Shown one piece after another: positions 9,726 through 19,698 of a DNA stretch of 64,000 nucleotides. The stretch lies in sequence record MZ779063.1; one strand, 5' to 3'. A model generated the notes under the pieces. That model ran no database searches. It saw only the letters and a program-made list of their open reading frames with translations, and was not told the origin of the DNA. How positions within the stretch are numbered: the first letter of the stretch is position 1; each line of letters opens with the position of its first letter. Position numbers and translations under genes: made by a program.

Positions 9726-11789
9726 ATGTTAAAAAAGACTACAGAAAATGAATTAGAAAAGTTATTCAATGTCACTATTTATAATGAAGAATTTTCTAAT
9801 TTAAAACCTATGTATAATAGAAAAGATACTGAAACTAGAACTAAATTAAATGACAATCAAAATTCTAGAGTGTATGAGAATTTAATAAATTTCATTAATT
9901 ATTCTAAAGCAGGAATGACACACATGTTTTTAACTCGTTCTAATAAATATAGAGATAAATATATTGATTTTCTAAGAAATAGACTTGGTAAGGAAGATTT
10001 ATTAGATGAGGTTGAATTTGAATATACAGATAGATATTTCAGATCTTTCATATATAATATAGATATAATTAGAAGAAGTGAATATCAAACACATCAATCT
10101 ATAGAAAATGACTCTAAATTAGAAGATTCATTCTTATTAAGAAATGGAAATACAAATATAGATAGCTTTAAAACGGATAATGGTTTATCTATAGAATTTT
10201 TAGATAAAGATGTAAAGAAAGATTTTTTAGATAAGAACAAACAAATTAGTTTAGAATCTTTGCTAGATATCGATACGATGGTGTCTAATTCATTAAGAAA
10301 GAAATGGTTAAAATCAATTGAAAAAGAAGAATTACCTGATATGAATATTATATTTAAAGAAGTTCCAGAAGTAGTAATTATACTAGCAAACAGTATATAT
10401 GAAAGATCAAATTTCAAATTATCATATGTAGATAGAAGTGTTATTAATATACACGCAGACGTTTCAGATGTTTTGGAATCAATACTAACTTTAATTTCTA
10501 ATTTTAATTATAAATTAATATTAGATTTAATAGATGAAGATTACTTAAGTAAAAATTTAAATCATTTCAAAGCTTCTGAATTTTCTTTATCTGACAATAA
10601 TGACATTGATAATATATTTAGTATAATCGGAATTATTAAAAAACAAACGGACGTTATTAATAAATTTATAGAAAAAAGCAAATCAGATAATCTAGAAGAC
10701 AATATTAATTTAATAATTAAAGAAAATGAAATAGATGATGACTTTGGAGAAATATTAAAAGTTTATATTGATAGTGTATTATCTAAATTTAGAGAATATA
10801 TTGAAGATGATACCAATATATTAAAAGATTCATCTAAGGTTTTAATAGGTGAAAATCTATTTGATTTCTTTATGAAATTAGATGATCTCGAAATTTTAAT
10901 GATTAGAAATATATACAGAGTTTTAGATAGTAATGTATATAATCCTGTAATCAGAGATGTTAAAGAATCACAAGAAAAAGTTATGAATGGAATAGTAGAT
11001 TATTTTAAAAATAATACTAAAAAATTATCTTTAGATTTATCTAATATCGATATAAGTAGATTGAAAGATAGTTCTTTCACATTATTAAACGATTTCATAA
11101 CAAATGGAGAAGTAAGTAATCTTCGTATGAAACCTAATGAAGCTAATATGGAGTATTTCTATAAATTAAGTGTGGATAAAGAATTAAACCGTGACATATT
11201 AAATAGTAATATACAATATATGAAACAGGAATTATTAAAAGGTTTTAATGATAATTCTAAAATGACTTCAAATGCTATTATTGAATTTGATAATTTTAAT
11301 ATTAATTTTGCTGTAATAGAAAATAATTCATATAATAATGAAATAGAAATAATGATGCAAGGAGTTACTTTTAAGAAAAAATTAACTGATGAGGATATTG
11401 CTACTATCTTTTTATATTCACATAAAGAAGTTAGTATATATCAAGACAAAAAATTAGTTATCATGGATAGAAATTATTTCTCTAGAAGAGGTATAAATAA
11501 ATTTATAAATAATATGAATAATGTCTTCACTGATTTAGATGGAGAAAGTTTATCTAAATATATGTCTTTAATTTATAATTTATTATCTTTATCAGATAAT
11601 TCTTTTGAGGAAGATAAAGCAATTTATAATACTCTATATTACAATAAATTTGAATATATTAATAAAGAAAATGAGTTAAAAGTTGATAGTTATATTAATA
11701 TGATTAATAATAAAGATGTAACAGATGATTTTAAAAAGAAATTTAAAAAGGTAAGATCTAAGTATTTAGTTTCTAGAATATTTATTTAA
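9726..11789 (+). CDS. large hypothetical protein with a degenerate C-terminal tag
   Basis: AAGGAG RBS; 687 aa; ends KYLVSRIFI. Confidence 0.8.
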   Translation: MLKKTTENELEKLFNVTIYNEEFSNLKPMYNRKDTETRTKLNDNQNSRVYENLINFINYSKAGMTHMFLTRSNKYRDKYIDFLRNRLGKEDLLDEVEFEYTDRYFRSFIYNIDIIRRSEYQTHQSIENDSKLEDSFLLRNGNTNIDSFKTDNGLSIEFLDKDVKKDFLDKNKQISLESLLDIDTMVSNSLRKKWLKSIEKEELPDMNIIFKEVPEVVIILANSIYERSNFKLSYVDRSVINIHADVSDVLESILTLISNFNYKLILDLIDEDYLSKNLNHFKASEFSLSDNNDIDNIFSIIGIIKKQTDVINKFIEKSKSDNLEDNINLIIKENEIDDDFGEILKVYIDSVLSKFREYIEDDTNILKDSSKVLIGENLFDFFMKLDDLEILMIRNIYRVLDSNVYNPVIRDVKESQEKVMNGIVDYFKNNTKKLSLDLSNIDISRLKDSSFTLLNDFITNGEVSNLRMKPNEANMEYFYKLSVDKELNRDILNSNIQYMKQELLKGFNDNSKMTSNAIIEFDNFNINFAVIENNSYNNEIEIMMQGVTFKKKLTDEDIATIFLYSHKEVSIYQDKKLVIMDRNYFSRRGINKFINNMNNVFTDLDGESLSKYMSLIYNLLSLSDNSFEEDKAIYNTLYYNKFEYINKENELKVDSYINMINNKDVTDDFKKKFKKVRSKYLVSRIFI

Positions 11790-11800
11790 ATATATATTAT
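11787..11800 (+). promoter_or_regulatory. early-type promoter TAAATATATATTAT
   Basis: Exact copy overlapping the upstream stop codon; hairpin 11803-11836 follows. Confidence 0.7.
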
Positions 11801-11861
11801 ATAATTGAGTTGGTAATTGAACTTATCAACTCAATTTAATTTTTAATTAATAGGAGATGAA

Positions 11862-13049
11862 ATGGATATGAGTAAAGCAATAAAAGATTTATTTATCAAT
11901 TACAATATATCTTATATTGAAGTTAATGAAGATCATGAACTTAATGAAATTGATAAAGAAGAATTATTAAAAATATTAGATTTTGATATTAAATTTGAAA
12001 AGGAAGAAATTTTAATAAGTGATAATATTAAAATAAATAATTTTAACGGTAATAAGTTAATAAATTTTGTATTTAATTATTACTATACAGATAATGAATC
12101 ACTAAAAGTATTTTTAAAAGATGTTATTAAAGATATTATTTTATATGGGTATAAAGAAGATAGAAAAATAAGTTTAAATATTTCTCAATTACCTTTAGTA
12201 TTTTATATAAATAAATTCTGTAAAGATAATGGTATTAAAAATATTAAATTCCACTATACTTTTAAAAATTCATATGGAAATTTTTCATTTGGTTTATTAA
12301 AAGAAGAACATCTAGATGAATTTATTGATGATATAGAAGAAATAAGAAATAATAAGTTCTTCAATTTAAATAGTGGATTATTAGATAATGACTTAATAAT
12401 TAATGGAAATGAAAAGAAATTTATGAAGCTAATATCAAGTTTAATAGATTTAGATATGTCACATAAGGGTAATATATTTAAATTAAAAATGATAAATTAT
12501 TTTTATAAATTATTTAATAGTTATATTAATAGTGAAGAAGATTTAGAATATGCAGATGAATTAATGAAGTTTAAAATAGATAGTCTTAAATATGGTGAAT
12601 TTAATAAATATTATCTATATGAAAGATTTATAATCGGTATAGATAATTTATATGAACAAGAATTCTTAGGATATAATACAAGAATGAATTATAATTATTT
12701 TATTGATAAAATACAAAAAATTGAAGATGAAGATGAAGTTAAATATATTTCAAAAATTGTTTTCTTTACATTAATAGATGATATTTATAAGGAAGCATCA
12801 TTCTTTTTATCTTTTAGAACAGTCAATAAATATACTGATATTGCAGTTAAAGAAATATTGAAATTGATTGAAGACAATCTTACAGAAAATCAGAAGAAAC
12901 AATTTGTCAGAGAATATATGAGTATGAAAGATAGTTCATTTTATGCTTCAAATGAAAAATATAATCAAACATCTACACTTGTTAAAATGTCTAAAGGGAA
13001 ATTGAAAAAATTAATTATGAATGAAACAGTTAAAAAGACATTTATTTAA
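11862..13049 (+). CDS. hypothetical protein, C-terminal tag family
   Basis: AGGAG RBS; ends NETVKKTFI. Confidence 0.8.
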   Translation: MDMSKAIKDLFINYNISYIEVNEDHELNEIDKEELLKILDFDIKFEKEEILISDNIKINNFNGNKLINFVFNYYYTDNESLKVFLKDVIKDIILYGYKEDRKISLNISQLPLVFYINKFCKDNGIKNIKFHYTFKNSYGNFSFGLLKEEHLDEFIDDIEEIRNNKFFNLNSGLLDNDLIINGNEKKFMKLISSLIDLDMSHKGNIFKLKMINYFYKLFNSYINSEEDLEYADELMKFKIDSLKYGEFNKYYLYERFIIGIDNLYEQEFLGYNTRMNYNYFIDKIQKIEDEDEVKYISKIVFFTLIDDIYKEASFFLSFRTVNKYTDIAVKEILKLIEDNLTENQKKQFVREYMSMKDSSFYASNEKYNQTSTLVKMSKGKLKKLIMNETVKKTFI

Positions 13050-13063
13050 AGGAGAATCAGCTT

Positions 13064-13777
13064 ATGTTAGTTAAAAAAGAAAAATTAAAGAATAGAAATG
13101 ATATCAGAATAGATCATATTATAAGTATTAATTTAGATGATCCTTCTGCACTTAATATGGTTTCATTCCAATTATTAATAGAAAGTAATATTCTGAGTTG
13201 TTATATTAATAACAACTTAGATACTACTTTATTTACTAAAAAAGAATTAGATAAATATAATAGATTTATAGATTTTGCTATTGATAATTTTGAATCAAAT
13301 GGTTTATTTATAAATAAAAAACCAGATGAATTTCTAACTGGTTTAATAAGAAAAGCTTCTATTTCTAGATTATTTAAAATGATCGATCCAATTGATAAAA
13401 CTATCAGCAATGAAAATTTATTTATTACCAGATTAAAAAATATTAGACATAATATAAATGAAACTGATAGTAAAGATTTAGCTTACTTCTTATATACTAA
13501 CTTTAGAGAAGATGTTCCGTTAGATAGATTAAAAGGTTTAATGTCTAACCCACATTTAACATCATTATCTGAGTATTTAATGAATGGTAATTTAATAATG
13601 GAGATTGATGAGCAATTGTTAAATAAATGGATTATGTTTATTGATTATGAAATAGATGGCCTTAAAGGATCTATTTATCATAGATTAAGACATAGTTTAG
13701 TTAATGTAATCAATAAGTATAATAATATACAAGAAGCTAAAGGTTATTTAGGGTATGAAAGATTAGAATTAGAATAA
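13064..13777 (+). CDS. hypothetical protein
   Basis: AAGGAG RBS; no recognisable motif. Confidence 0.8.
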   Translation: MLVKKEKLKNRNDIRIDHIISINLDDPSALNMVSFQLLIESNILSCYINNNLDTTLFTKKELDKYNRFIDFAIDNFESNGLFINKKPDEFLTGLIRKASISRLFKMIDPIDKTISNENLFITRLKNIRHNINETDSKDLAYFLYTNFREDVPLDRLKGLMSNPHLTSLSEYLMNGNLIMEIDEQLLNKWIMFIDYEIDGLKGSIYHRLRHSLVNVINKYNNIQEAKGYLGYERLELE

Positions 13778-13810
13778 ACTTAAAAAGTTTAGTGAGAAGG
13801 GAAATTTTGA

Positions 13811-14470
13811 ATGAAAAAATTTAGAGATGAATTAATAAATCACTATACAAATTTATTGAGATTCAATGATGATTCTTTTTATTATAGATTAAAAATTAAT
13901 TATTTGAATTTCGATTTCTCTAAAGATGTAAATTTAAGAAAAAATAATGTGTTTAAATTAAATTATAAAATCAGCTTTTTCCTATATTTTAAAATTTTAA
14001 TAAAAGATTTTATTTCAAATAATTTAGATGAAAATGGTGTATCATTATTATTTTCAGATAGTGTTAATAATAATAATTTTATTTCTACATTATTTGTTAA
14101 AAATAATTCTGATATTGAATTGAAACTAGATTTGGGTGTTTATTATGAACTAGATGAAACTAAAATAGTTCTAATAGATTTAAATGAAGAGTTTAATATA
14201 GAATATTCAGATGATAGTATTATAATTCATACAGATGAAGATAATTTTGAAAATGTAGTTTATTCTATTCTAAACAAAATCAAATTCATCTTAGAAGGAA
14301 ATATATATGCATTTAGCATATCTTTATTTGGCAATGGAAAAATAGGAGATAGTAATATATTTTATTTAGAAGAGATTGAAAATATATTTAACTCTAGAAA
14401 AAATAGTATAATTGAAGAACTTTCTGAAAGTGAAGTTAAAAAATATAAAATCAAAGAAGGGTTTAAATAG
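13811..14470 (+). CDS. hypothetical protein, C-terminal tag family
   Basis: Ends EELSESEVKKYKIKEGFK. Confidence 0.8.
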   Translation: MKKFRDELINHYTNLLRFNDDSFYYRLKINYLNFDFSKDVNLRKNNVFKLNYKISFFLYFKILIKDFISNNLDENGVSLLFSDSVNNNNFISTLFVKNNSDIELKLDLGVYYELDETKIVLIDLNEEFNIEYSDDSIIIHTDEDNFENVVYSILNKIKFILEGNIYAFSISLFGNGKIGDSNIFYLEEIENIFNSRKNSIIEELSESEVKKYKIKEGFK

Positions 14471-14472
14471 TA

Positions 14473-15084
14473 ATGGGTGATATTAAATTTAATGAAGAAT
14501 ATATGTCAGTTAAAATTTATAAGTTAATTAATTTGTTTGAGTTTCAACAAACAACTCGTAAAAGAGCATTTTCAAACCATAATTCTGAAAGTGATGAAAA
14601 TGAGCTTAATATGTATATAGGTAAAAATGACAATAAAAATATGATTGACATTTTTACTAATTCTTTCTTTTTATACAATCAATTTAAAGATGTTTGCAGT
14701 TTAGTATTTAACAATGGTAATACTATTATTGCAGAAATTGAGATATTAAATAAAAATAAATTGTCAATTGAAATTAATTCAGAAATCTTAATTGTTGATA
14801 GTGAAATTAAAAATTTCATTATCAAAAATGATTTTAGTGTAGGAGATGGCTTCTTAGGCTTAATTATTGAAAATGATAAAGAAAAAATTCTTAAATTATT
14901 TTTAGAATCATTGTCTGATAGTTATTTTTGGATAAACAAGAAAAGAAGTTTAAATATATCTGATTCTAAAAAAATTAAATTTAAAAAATATTTAGAAGAT
15001 TTATATAAAATGAAAGATTTTTATAGTAAAGAAATCACTGAAAAAGAATATAAAGAAAATATAGTAAAAGATAATTTCAAATAA
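14473..15084 (+). CDS. hypothetical protein, C-terminal tag family (paralog of 15176-15817)
   Basis: Ends YSKEITEKEYKENIVKDNFK. Confidence 0.8.
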   Translation: MGDIKFNEEYMSVKIYKLINLFEFQQTTRKRAFSNHNSESDENELNMYIGKNDNKNMIDIFTNSFFLYNQFKDVCSLVFNNGNTIIAEIEILNKNKLSIEINSEILIVDSEIKNFIIKNDFSVGDGFLGLIIENDKEKILKLFLESLSDSYFWINKKRSLNISDSKKIKFKKYLEDLYKMKDFYSKEITEKEYKENIVKDNFK

Positions 15085-15175
15085 TATAATCCCAATACTT
15101 ATTAATGTAATTAACAAATTTAAAAGATTAAAGATTATTTAGTTTACGAAAGATTAGAACTGGAGTGATATTTTA

Positions 15176-15817
15176 ATGGAAGAGATTTATCTTGATAAAA
15201 GATTTGATAGTGAATATTTTAAAATAAAAACTAGAGATATGATAAACTCTGTAAGATTTACTAAAGAACCAAACTTTGATTTAATTATAAATAACCGTAA
15301 AGAAGAAAAAATTTTATATACTAAAAATGACAGTATTAGAAATTTATTTATTGAATCTTTTATCTTGTATTTAAATAATATTACAGACGTTTATACATTT
15401 AGTATATCAATCAGTAATATTAAGTTAATTTTTAGTTTAAGATACAATCATACGAATAAAGATACCAAATTTTTAATTTATATAATAGAAAATGATAAAT
15501 TTAATTATGAAAAAGATGTATCTGAATTAGAAAAAATATTAAATGACATATCTTCTTTAGTAAATAAAGAATACTATATATCTAAAGGTAGTTTTATAAT
15601 AGACTATTTAGATATAGAAAAAATTGATAAGATATTGTATTACATTAATAAATTAGATGATCTTCGTATAATGTTAGATGATTCAGAAAAAGAAGGAAAA
15701 TCGTATTTAAGTTACAACTCTTTTCTTAAAGAACTTTATTTAAAAAGAAACCTATATTCTAAAAGTATTACTAAAAAGGAATATACTGATAATTTAGTTA
15801 AAGAAAATTTTAAATAA
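15176..15817 (+). CDS. hypothetical protein, C-terminal tag family (paralog of 14473-15084)
   Basis: GGAG RBS; ends YSKSITKKEYTDNLVKENFK. Confidence 0.8.
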   Translation: MEEIYLDKRFDSEYFKIKTRDMINSVRFTKEPNFDLIINNRKEEKILYTKNDSIRNLFIESFILYLNNITDVYTFSISISNIKLIFSLRYNHTNKDTKFLIYIIENDKFNYEKDVSELEKILNDISSLVNKEYYISKGSFIIDYLDIEKIDKILYYINKLDDLRIMLDDSEKEGKSYLSYNSFLKELYLKRNLYSKSITKKEYTDNLVKENFK

Positions 15818-15821
15818 TATA

Positions 15822-15856
15822 ATCCCAATACCTATTACATCAATAGGTATTGGGAT
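15822..15856. terminator. intrinsic terminator between convergent genes
   Basis: ATCCCAATACCTATT/AATAGGTATTGGGAT perfect 15-bp stem. Confidence 0.8.
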
Positions 15857-15872
15857 AAATTTAAATTATTTT

Positions 15873-16169
15873 TTATTTCATGCTGTCTAATTCAGCTAAT
15901 TTTAATTTAGCTTTAGTTGCATATTTTTGACGAATTATGTCACGCCATTTTTTACGAGCACGAGCAGCTTTTTGATATTTAAAATAGATTGGATCTTGAG
16001 CTTCTTTAGCTGCAACTAATGCTAATTGGTTTAATCTACGTTTACGTTTAGTACGTTCATCTAAACGCATGATATTTTGTTCACGTAAAAGAGCTTCATC
16101 AGTTGCTTGCATAATTTGCTCTTCTAGTGGAGTAATGTTATTTTTCATAATGGAAGATCTTCCTTTCAA
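15873..16169 (-). CDS. small basic protein, probably late/virion (head-internal type)
   Basis: Acidic N-terminus (PLEEQ..TDEALLRE) then a very basic helix; RBS before ATG 16148; AACA-like element at 16199-16210. Confidence 0.65.
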   Translation of the reverse strand: MKGRSSIMKNNITPLEEQIMQATDEALLREQNIMRLDERTKRKRRLNQLALVAAKEAQDPIYFKYQKAARARKKWRDIIRQKYATKAKLKLAELDSMK

Positions 16170-16295
16170 TTATTTTTATTATTCATTATAATGATTATAA
16201 GAAATATGTTTTATTTAAGAAATATGAAAAAATTATTGAACCATAATAACTTATCTTATATAAGTATGAATCTATAAGGAGATGAGAATTTATTT

Positions 16296-18230
16296 ATGTC
16301 TAATCAAGATAATAAATATGAACGTAAAAGAGCTATAACAGGATATTTAGAAAATTTAATCAAATTAATTAAAATAAGAAAACCTGATATTGATAATGAA
16401 AAGTTAATTAATACTTGTAGAGAGTATATTAAAAAACATGTAGATCCAGCTTTAATAGAAATATCTGGACAAAAAATGAATGTGGATACAACTTTAAGAC
16501 AAATTATAGATAATAATTTAATTGTAACTGGTTCTGGTTCTATTTATCAGCCTCAATCACAAAGAAAAAATTTAAATGCAGACATGTTAAAAGACTTTAT
16601 AGATTCTCGTAAAGTAGCTAAACATAATATGTTTATATATAAAGGTAAAGATGATGTTTTACATGATAAATATATGAACGAACAAAAAACAATTAAGATC
16701 TTGGCTAACAGTTATTACGGTGCTATGATTCAAAAGAATAGTACATTCTATGATGCTAATTCAGGTCCAGCAACTACATATAGTGGTGTTGATATTGTAA
16801 CTACTTCAGCAATAGCTTTAGAAAGATTTATAGGTGGAAAAATATTCTTTATGAAAATTGATGAAATATATCATTATATATTAAGAATAATCAATGAAGA
16901 ATATAAAGATCATGATATTAAAATAAAAACAATTCCAACTGATATGGAAATTTTAGAAGGTTTAGTTTCTAATGTTGAAGAATCTTTTAGCGAAGAAGAA
17001 TATCTTAAATTAGAAGAAGTATTTAGTAAATTAAGTCAAGAAGATAAAAATAAGGTATATTTCAAAAATAACTTATTTGGTTTAATTGATCATACTGATA
17101 TATTTGAGAATAAAATTAGTAAAATGACTGGTAGAGAAGATTTCTTAGATCCGAACGAACCACCTGAAGATATGATTCCATTATTAGATGAATTATTTGA
17201 AATATTAAAAGATTGGGTTATATACAACTATCAAGATTATAATAGAATGTATAGAATGAATTACAAGAAACGTAGAAGTGTTCTCACAATTGACACAGAT
17301 TCAAATTTCGTTCACTTAGATCCATTATACGAAAAAATGAAATCATTAAAACCTGAAGATTTTCCTTTAGCAGAAAATGGTTTAGAAGATAAATTAGAAG
17401 AACGTGTAGGTAATATATCTATTATTAACTATCAAATAACTAAATTATTAGAATTATCTTACTATGGATTCTGTAAAGATGTAGGATTAGAAGAAGAACA
17501 TTTAGGTTTAATATCAATGAAAAATGAATTTTTACTTGATAAACAATTAACAACAGATAAAAAGAAAACTTATGCATCATCAGTAATTCAACAAGAAGGT
17601 AATTTAATTCAACCTCCAGATTTAGATGTTAAAGGTATGGCTATTAGAAAAGTTAACACTAATAAACGTATTAGAGAATTATTTACTGAAATATTACAAA
17701 AAGATATTTTAGAAAATAAAACTGGTGTAGATCGTATTAAGATAATACGTAAATTTAAAGATATTGAAGAAATGATTAAGAAATCATTAGATAATGGAGA
17801 AATTGAATTCTTAAAACCGTTTAAAGCTAATAATGCTGAAGTTTATAAAGATCCTTATTCTCAAATGGCTTATAGAGCTGCTTTAGCATGGAATATAATG
17901 TTCCCAGAAAAGGAAATAGCACTACCTGCTAAGATATTAGCAGTTAAATTAAATATTAGTACATTTGGAGATATTAAGAATAAGATAACTGATGAAAATA
18001 CTTTAAATAGATTTAGAGAAGTATTTAAGAATGAAAGTTTAGTTAAAAATGGTTTAAATGTAATTGCAGTTGAAGGTAATACAATTCCTGAAGAGTTTAG
18101 ACCTTTTATTGACTATGATAGTATGATTGAAGATCATATTAAACCAGGTAAAGATATTATTGAATCTATAGGAGTTAGAGTATTGGAATCTTCAAATAGC
18201 TCATTTGTATCTAATATGATTAAATTCTAA
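16296..18230 (+). CDS. polB: family B DNA polymerase, C-terminal part (motifs B and C) of a split enzyme
   Basis: KILANSYYG (motif B), TIDTDSNF (motif C), KKTYAS, VKGM; lacks the exonuclease domain and motif A. Confidence 0.85.
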   Translation: MSNQDNKYERKRAITGYLENLIKLIKIRKPDIDNEKLINTCREYIKKHVDPALIEISGQKMNVDTTLRQIIDNNLIVTGSGSIYQPQSQRKNLNADMLKDFIDSRKVAKHNMFIYKGKDDVLHDKYMNEQKTIKILANSYYGAMIQKNSTFYDANSGPATTYSGVDIVTTSAIALERFIGGKIFFMKIDEIYHYILRIINEEYKDHDIKIKTIPTDMEILEGLVSNVEESFSEEEYLKLEEVFSKLSQEDKNKVYFKNNLFGLIDHTDIFENKISKMTGREDFLDPNEPPEDMIPLLDELFEILKDWVIYNYQDYNRMYRMNYKKRRSVLTIDTDSNFVHLDPLYEKMKSLKPEDFPLAENGLEDKLEERVGNISIINYQITKLLELSYYGFCKDVGLEEEHLGLISMKNEFLLDKQLTTDKKKTYASSVIQQEGNLIQPPDLDVKGMAIRKVNTNKRIRELFTEILQKDILENKTGVDRIKIIRKFKDIEEMIKKSLDNGEIEFLKPFKANNAEVYKDPYSQMAYRAALAWNIMFPEKEIALPAKILAVKLNISTFGDIKNKITDENTLNRFREVFKNESLVKNGLNVIAVEGNTIPEEFRPFIDYDSMIEDHIKPGKDIIESIGVRVLESSNSSFVSNMIKF

Positions 18231-18252
18231 ATAATTGAATGAGGTATTTATT

Positions 18253-18831
18253 ATGGAAAAATACTATAAATTTAATTTATTTGAGTGCATACTAAAAAAT
18301 ATTGGTATGCACTCAGATGAATATGAAAATTTGATAAGTAATATAAATAAAAATTTTACATCTTTATATTTTTATGACTATGAGATTAATAATAGTGATA
18401 TAGATAAATTGATATATGATAACATTCAAAAACAATTAATTGATGATAGTTATTTTTTATTTGAAATCAATAATAAAGAAGAAAGACTATTAGTTGATTT
18501 TGAAAATAACCTTTTATATGATAAATATAATGAGAAAATAGGAATGGTTTCTTTAAATAGAATTACTTCTTCTAGAGTAAATTTATTTTCAGATTTTGAG
18601 AATAAATATAGAGATTTAATATTTATGGAAAAAGAAGATATAAAATATGAAAATTTAATTGATATGGGATTTAATATTGTTACTACTTTTGAAATTTCTA
18701 CTGTATGTAAAAATAAAATAAATAATTTTAGTTACTTTGGTTTTGATATTAAAGATAATAAAAATAAGCTATTAATTGAATGTGATGAAAAAGAATTCAA
18801 AATTAATAAAGTTAAGAATAATTTTATATAA
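18253..18831 (+). CDS. hypothetical protein, C-terminal tag family
   Basis: GAGG RBS before ATG 18253 (ORF track starts at 18235); ends KINKVKNNFI. Confidence 0.75.
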   Translation: MEKYYKFNLFECILKNIGMHSDEYENLISNINKNFTSLYFYDYEINNSDIDKLIYDNIQKQLIDDSYFLFEINNKEERLLVDFENNLLYDKYNEKIGMVSLNRITSSRVNLFSDFENKYRDLIFMEKEDIKYENLIDMGFNIVTTFEISTVCKNKINNFSYFGFDIKDNKNKLLIECDEKEFKINKVKNNFI

Positions 18832-18859
18832 TTAGAAAAGTTAAAAGATAAATTTATTA

Positions 18860-19609
18860 ATGATTATGAATAAGGAGACTTTGAATTTTATGTATAAAGA
18901 AAATGAAATGAATACAGGTCATATAGTTGCTGATTGTGATGAAGTTTTAGTAAATATTTCCCCTAAGATAGTTCAATTAATGCATGAAGATTTTGATTAT
19001 TACAGTCAATTCTTTAGACTATCTCCAGAGTATAATTACGGTACTCATTACAATACAGTTCTTAATCGTCCTGAATATTATATTGACCAATGGTTAGTAA
19101 GAAAAGATGTTTATGAAAGATTCTCTGAAGATGAAGTTAATGAAGCTAGAAATAGATTACAAGATGAAATTATATTTAAAAAAGATTTATACGATACGTT
19201 AGAACCAACAAATTTAGCTAGAAGTTTATCGTATACAATTAATACACCTTTAATGAATAAATTATCAATTGTAACTAAAACTTCTGATAATAACTTAAAA
19301 TCTAAAGAGAAATTTTTGAAAACTTTATTTAGAGGAAGTATGGAAAAGGTTGATATCTATTATCTTGAATCAGATGAGAAGAAATCAGATGTAATTAATA
19401 CATTAGGTTATGTTACTAGAATATATGAGGATGAAGTTAGTAATATTAAAGACATTATTATGAATTGTGATAATGTTATGCAAACTGGCATCGATATTCC
19501 TTCATTAGGATATAACCAAAAATTAGATGAAGCAACTATTATGAAAGCTAAAGAAAAAGAAATAGACTTAAATTATTTTAGTTATATGAGTAATAGTTTA
19601 GTTAATTAA
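18860..19609 (+). CDS. HAD-superfamily phosphatase, 5'(3')-deoxyribonucleotidase-like
   Basis: HIVADCDEVLV motif I (DxD), IVTKT motif II, RIYEDEVSN motif IV. Confidence 0.7.
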   Translation: MIMNKETLNFMYKENEMNTGHIVADCDEVLVNISPKIVQLMHEDFDYYSQFFRLSPEYNYGTHYNTVLNRPEYYIDQWLVRKDVYERFSEDEVNEARNRLQDEIIFKKDLYDTLEPTNLARSLSYTINTPLMNKLSIVTKTSDNNLKSKEKFLKTLFRGSMEKVDIYYLESDEKKSDVINTLGYVTRIYEDEVSNIKDIIMNCDNVMQTGIDIPSLGYNQKLDEATIMKAKEKEIDLNYFSYMSNSLVN

Positions 19610-19617
19610 TAATTATC

Positions 19618-19650
19618 GCCATGTTAAGTTTATAGCTTAACATGGCTTTT
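19618..19650 (+). terminator. intrinsic terminator
   Basis: GCCATGTTAAG/CTTAACATGGC 11-bp stem plus TTTT. Confidence 0.75.
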
Positions 19651-19698
19651 ATATATTTATTTTTTTTTTATAAAATAAGATTGGAAGTGAAATGTTAG

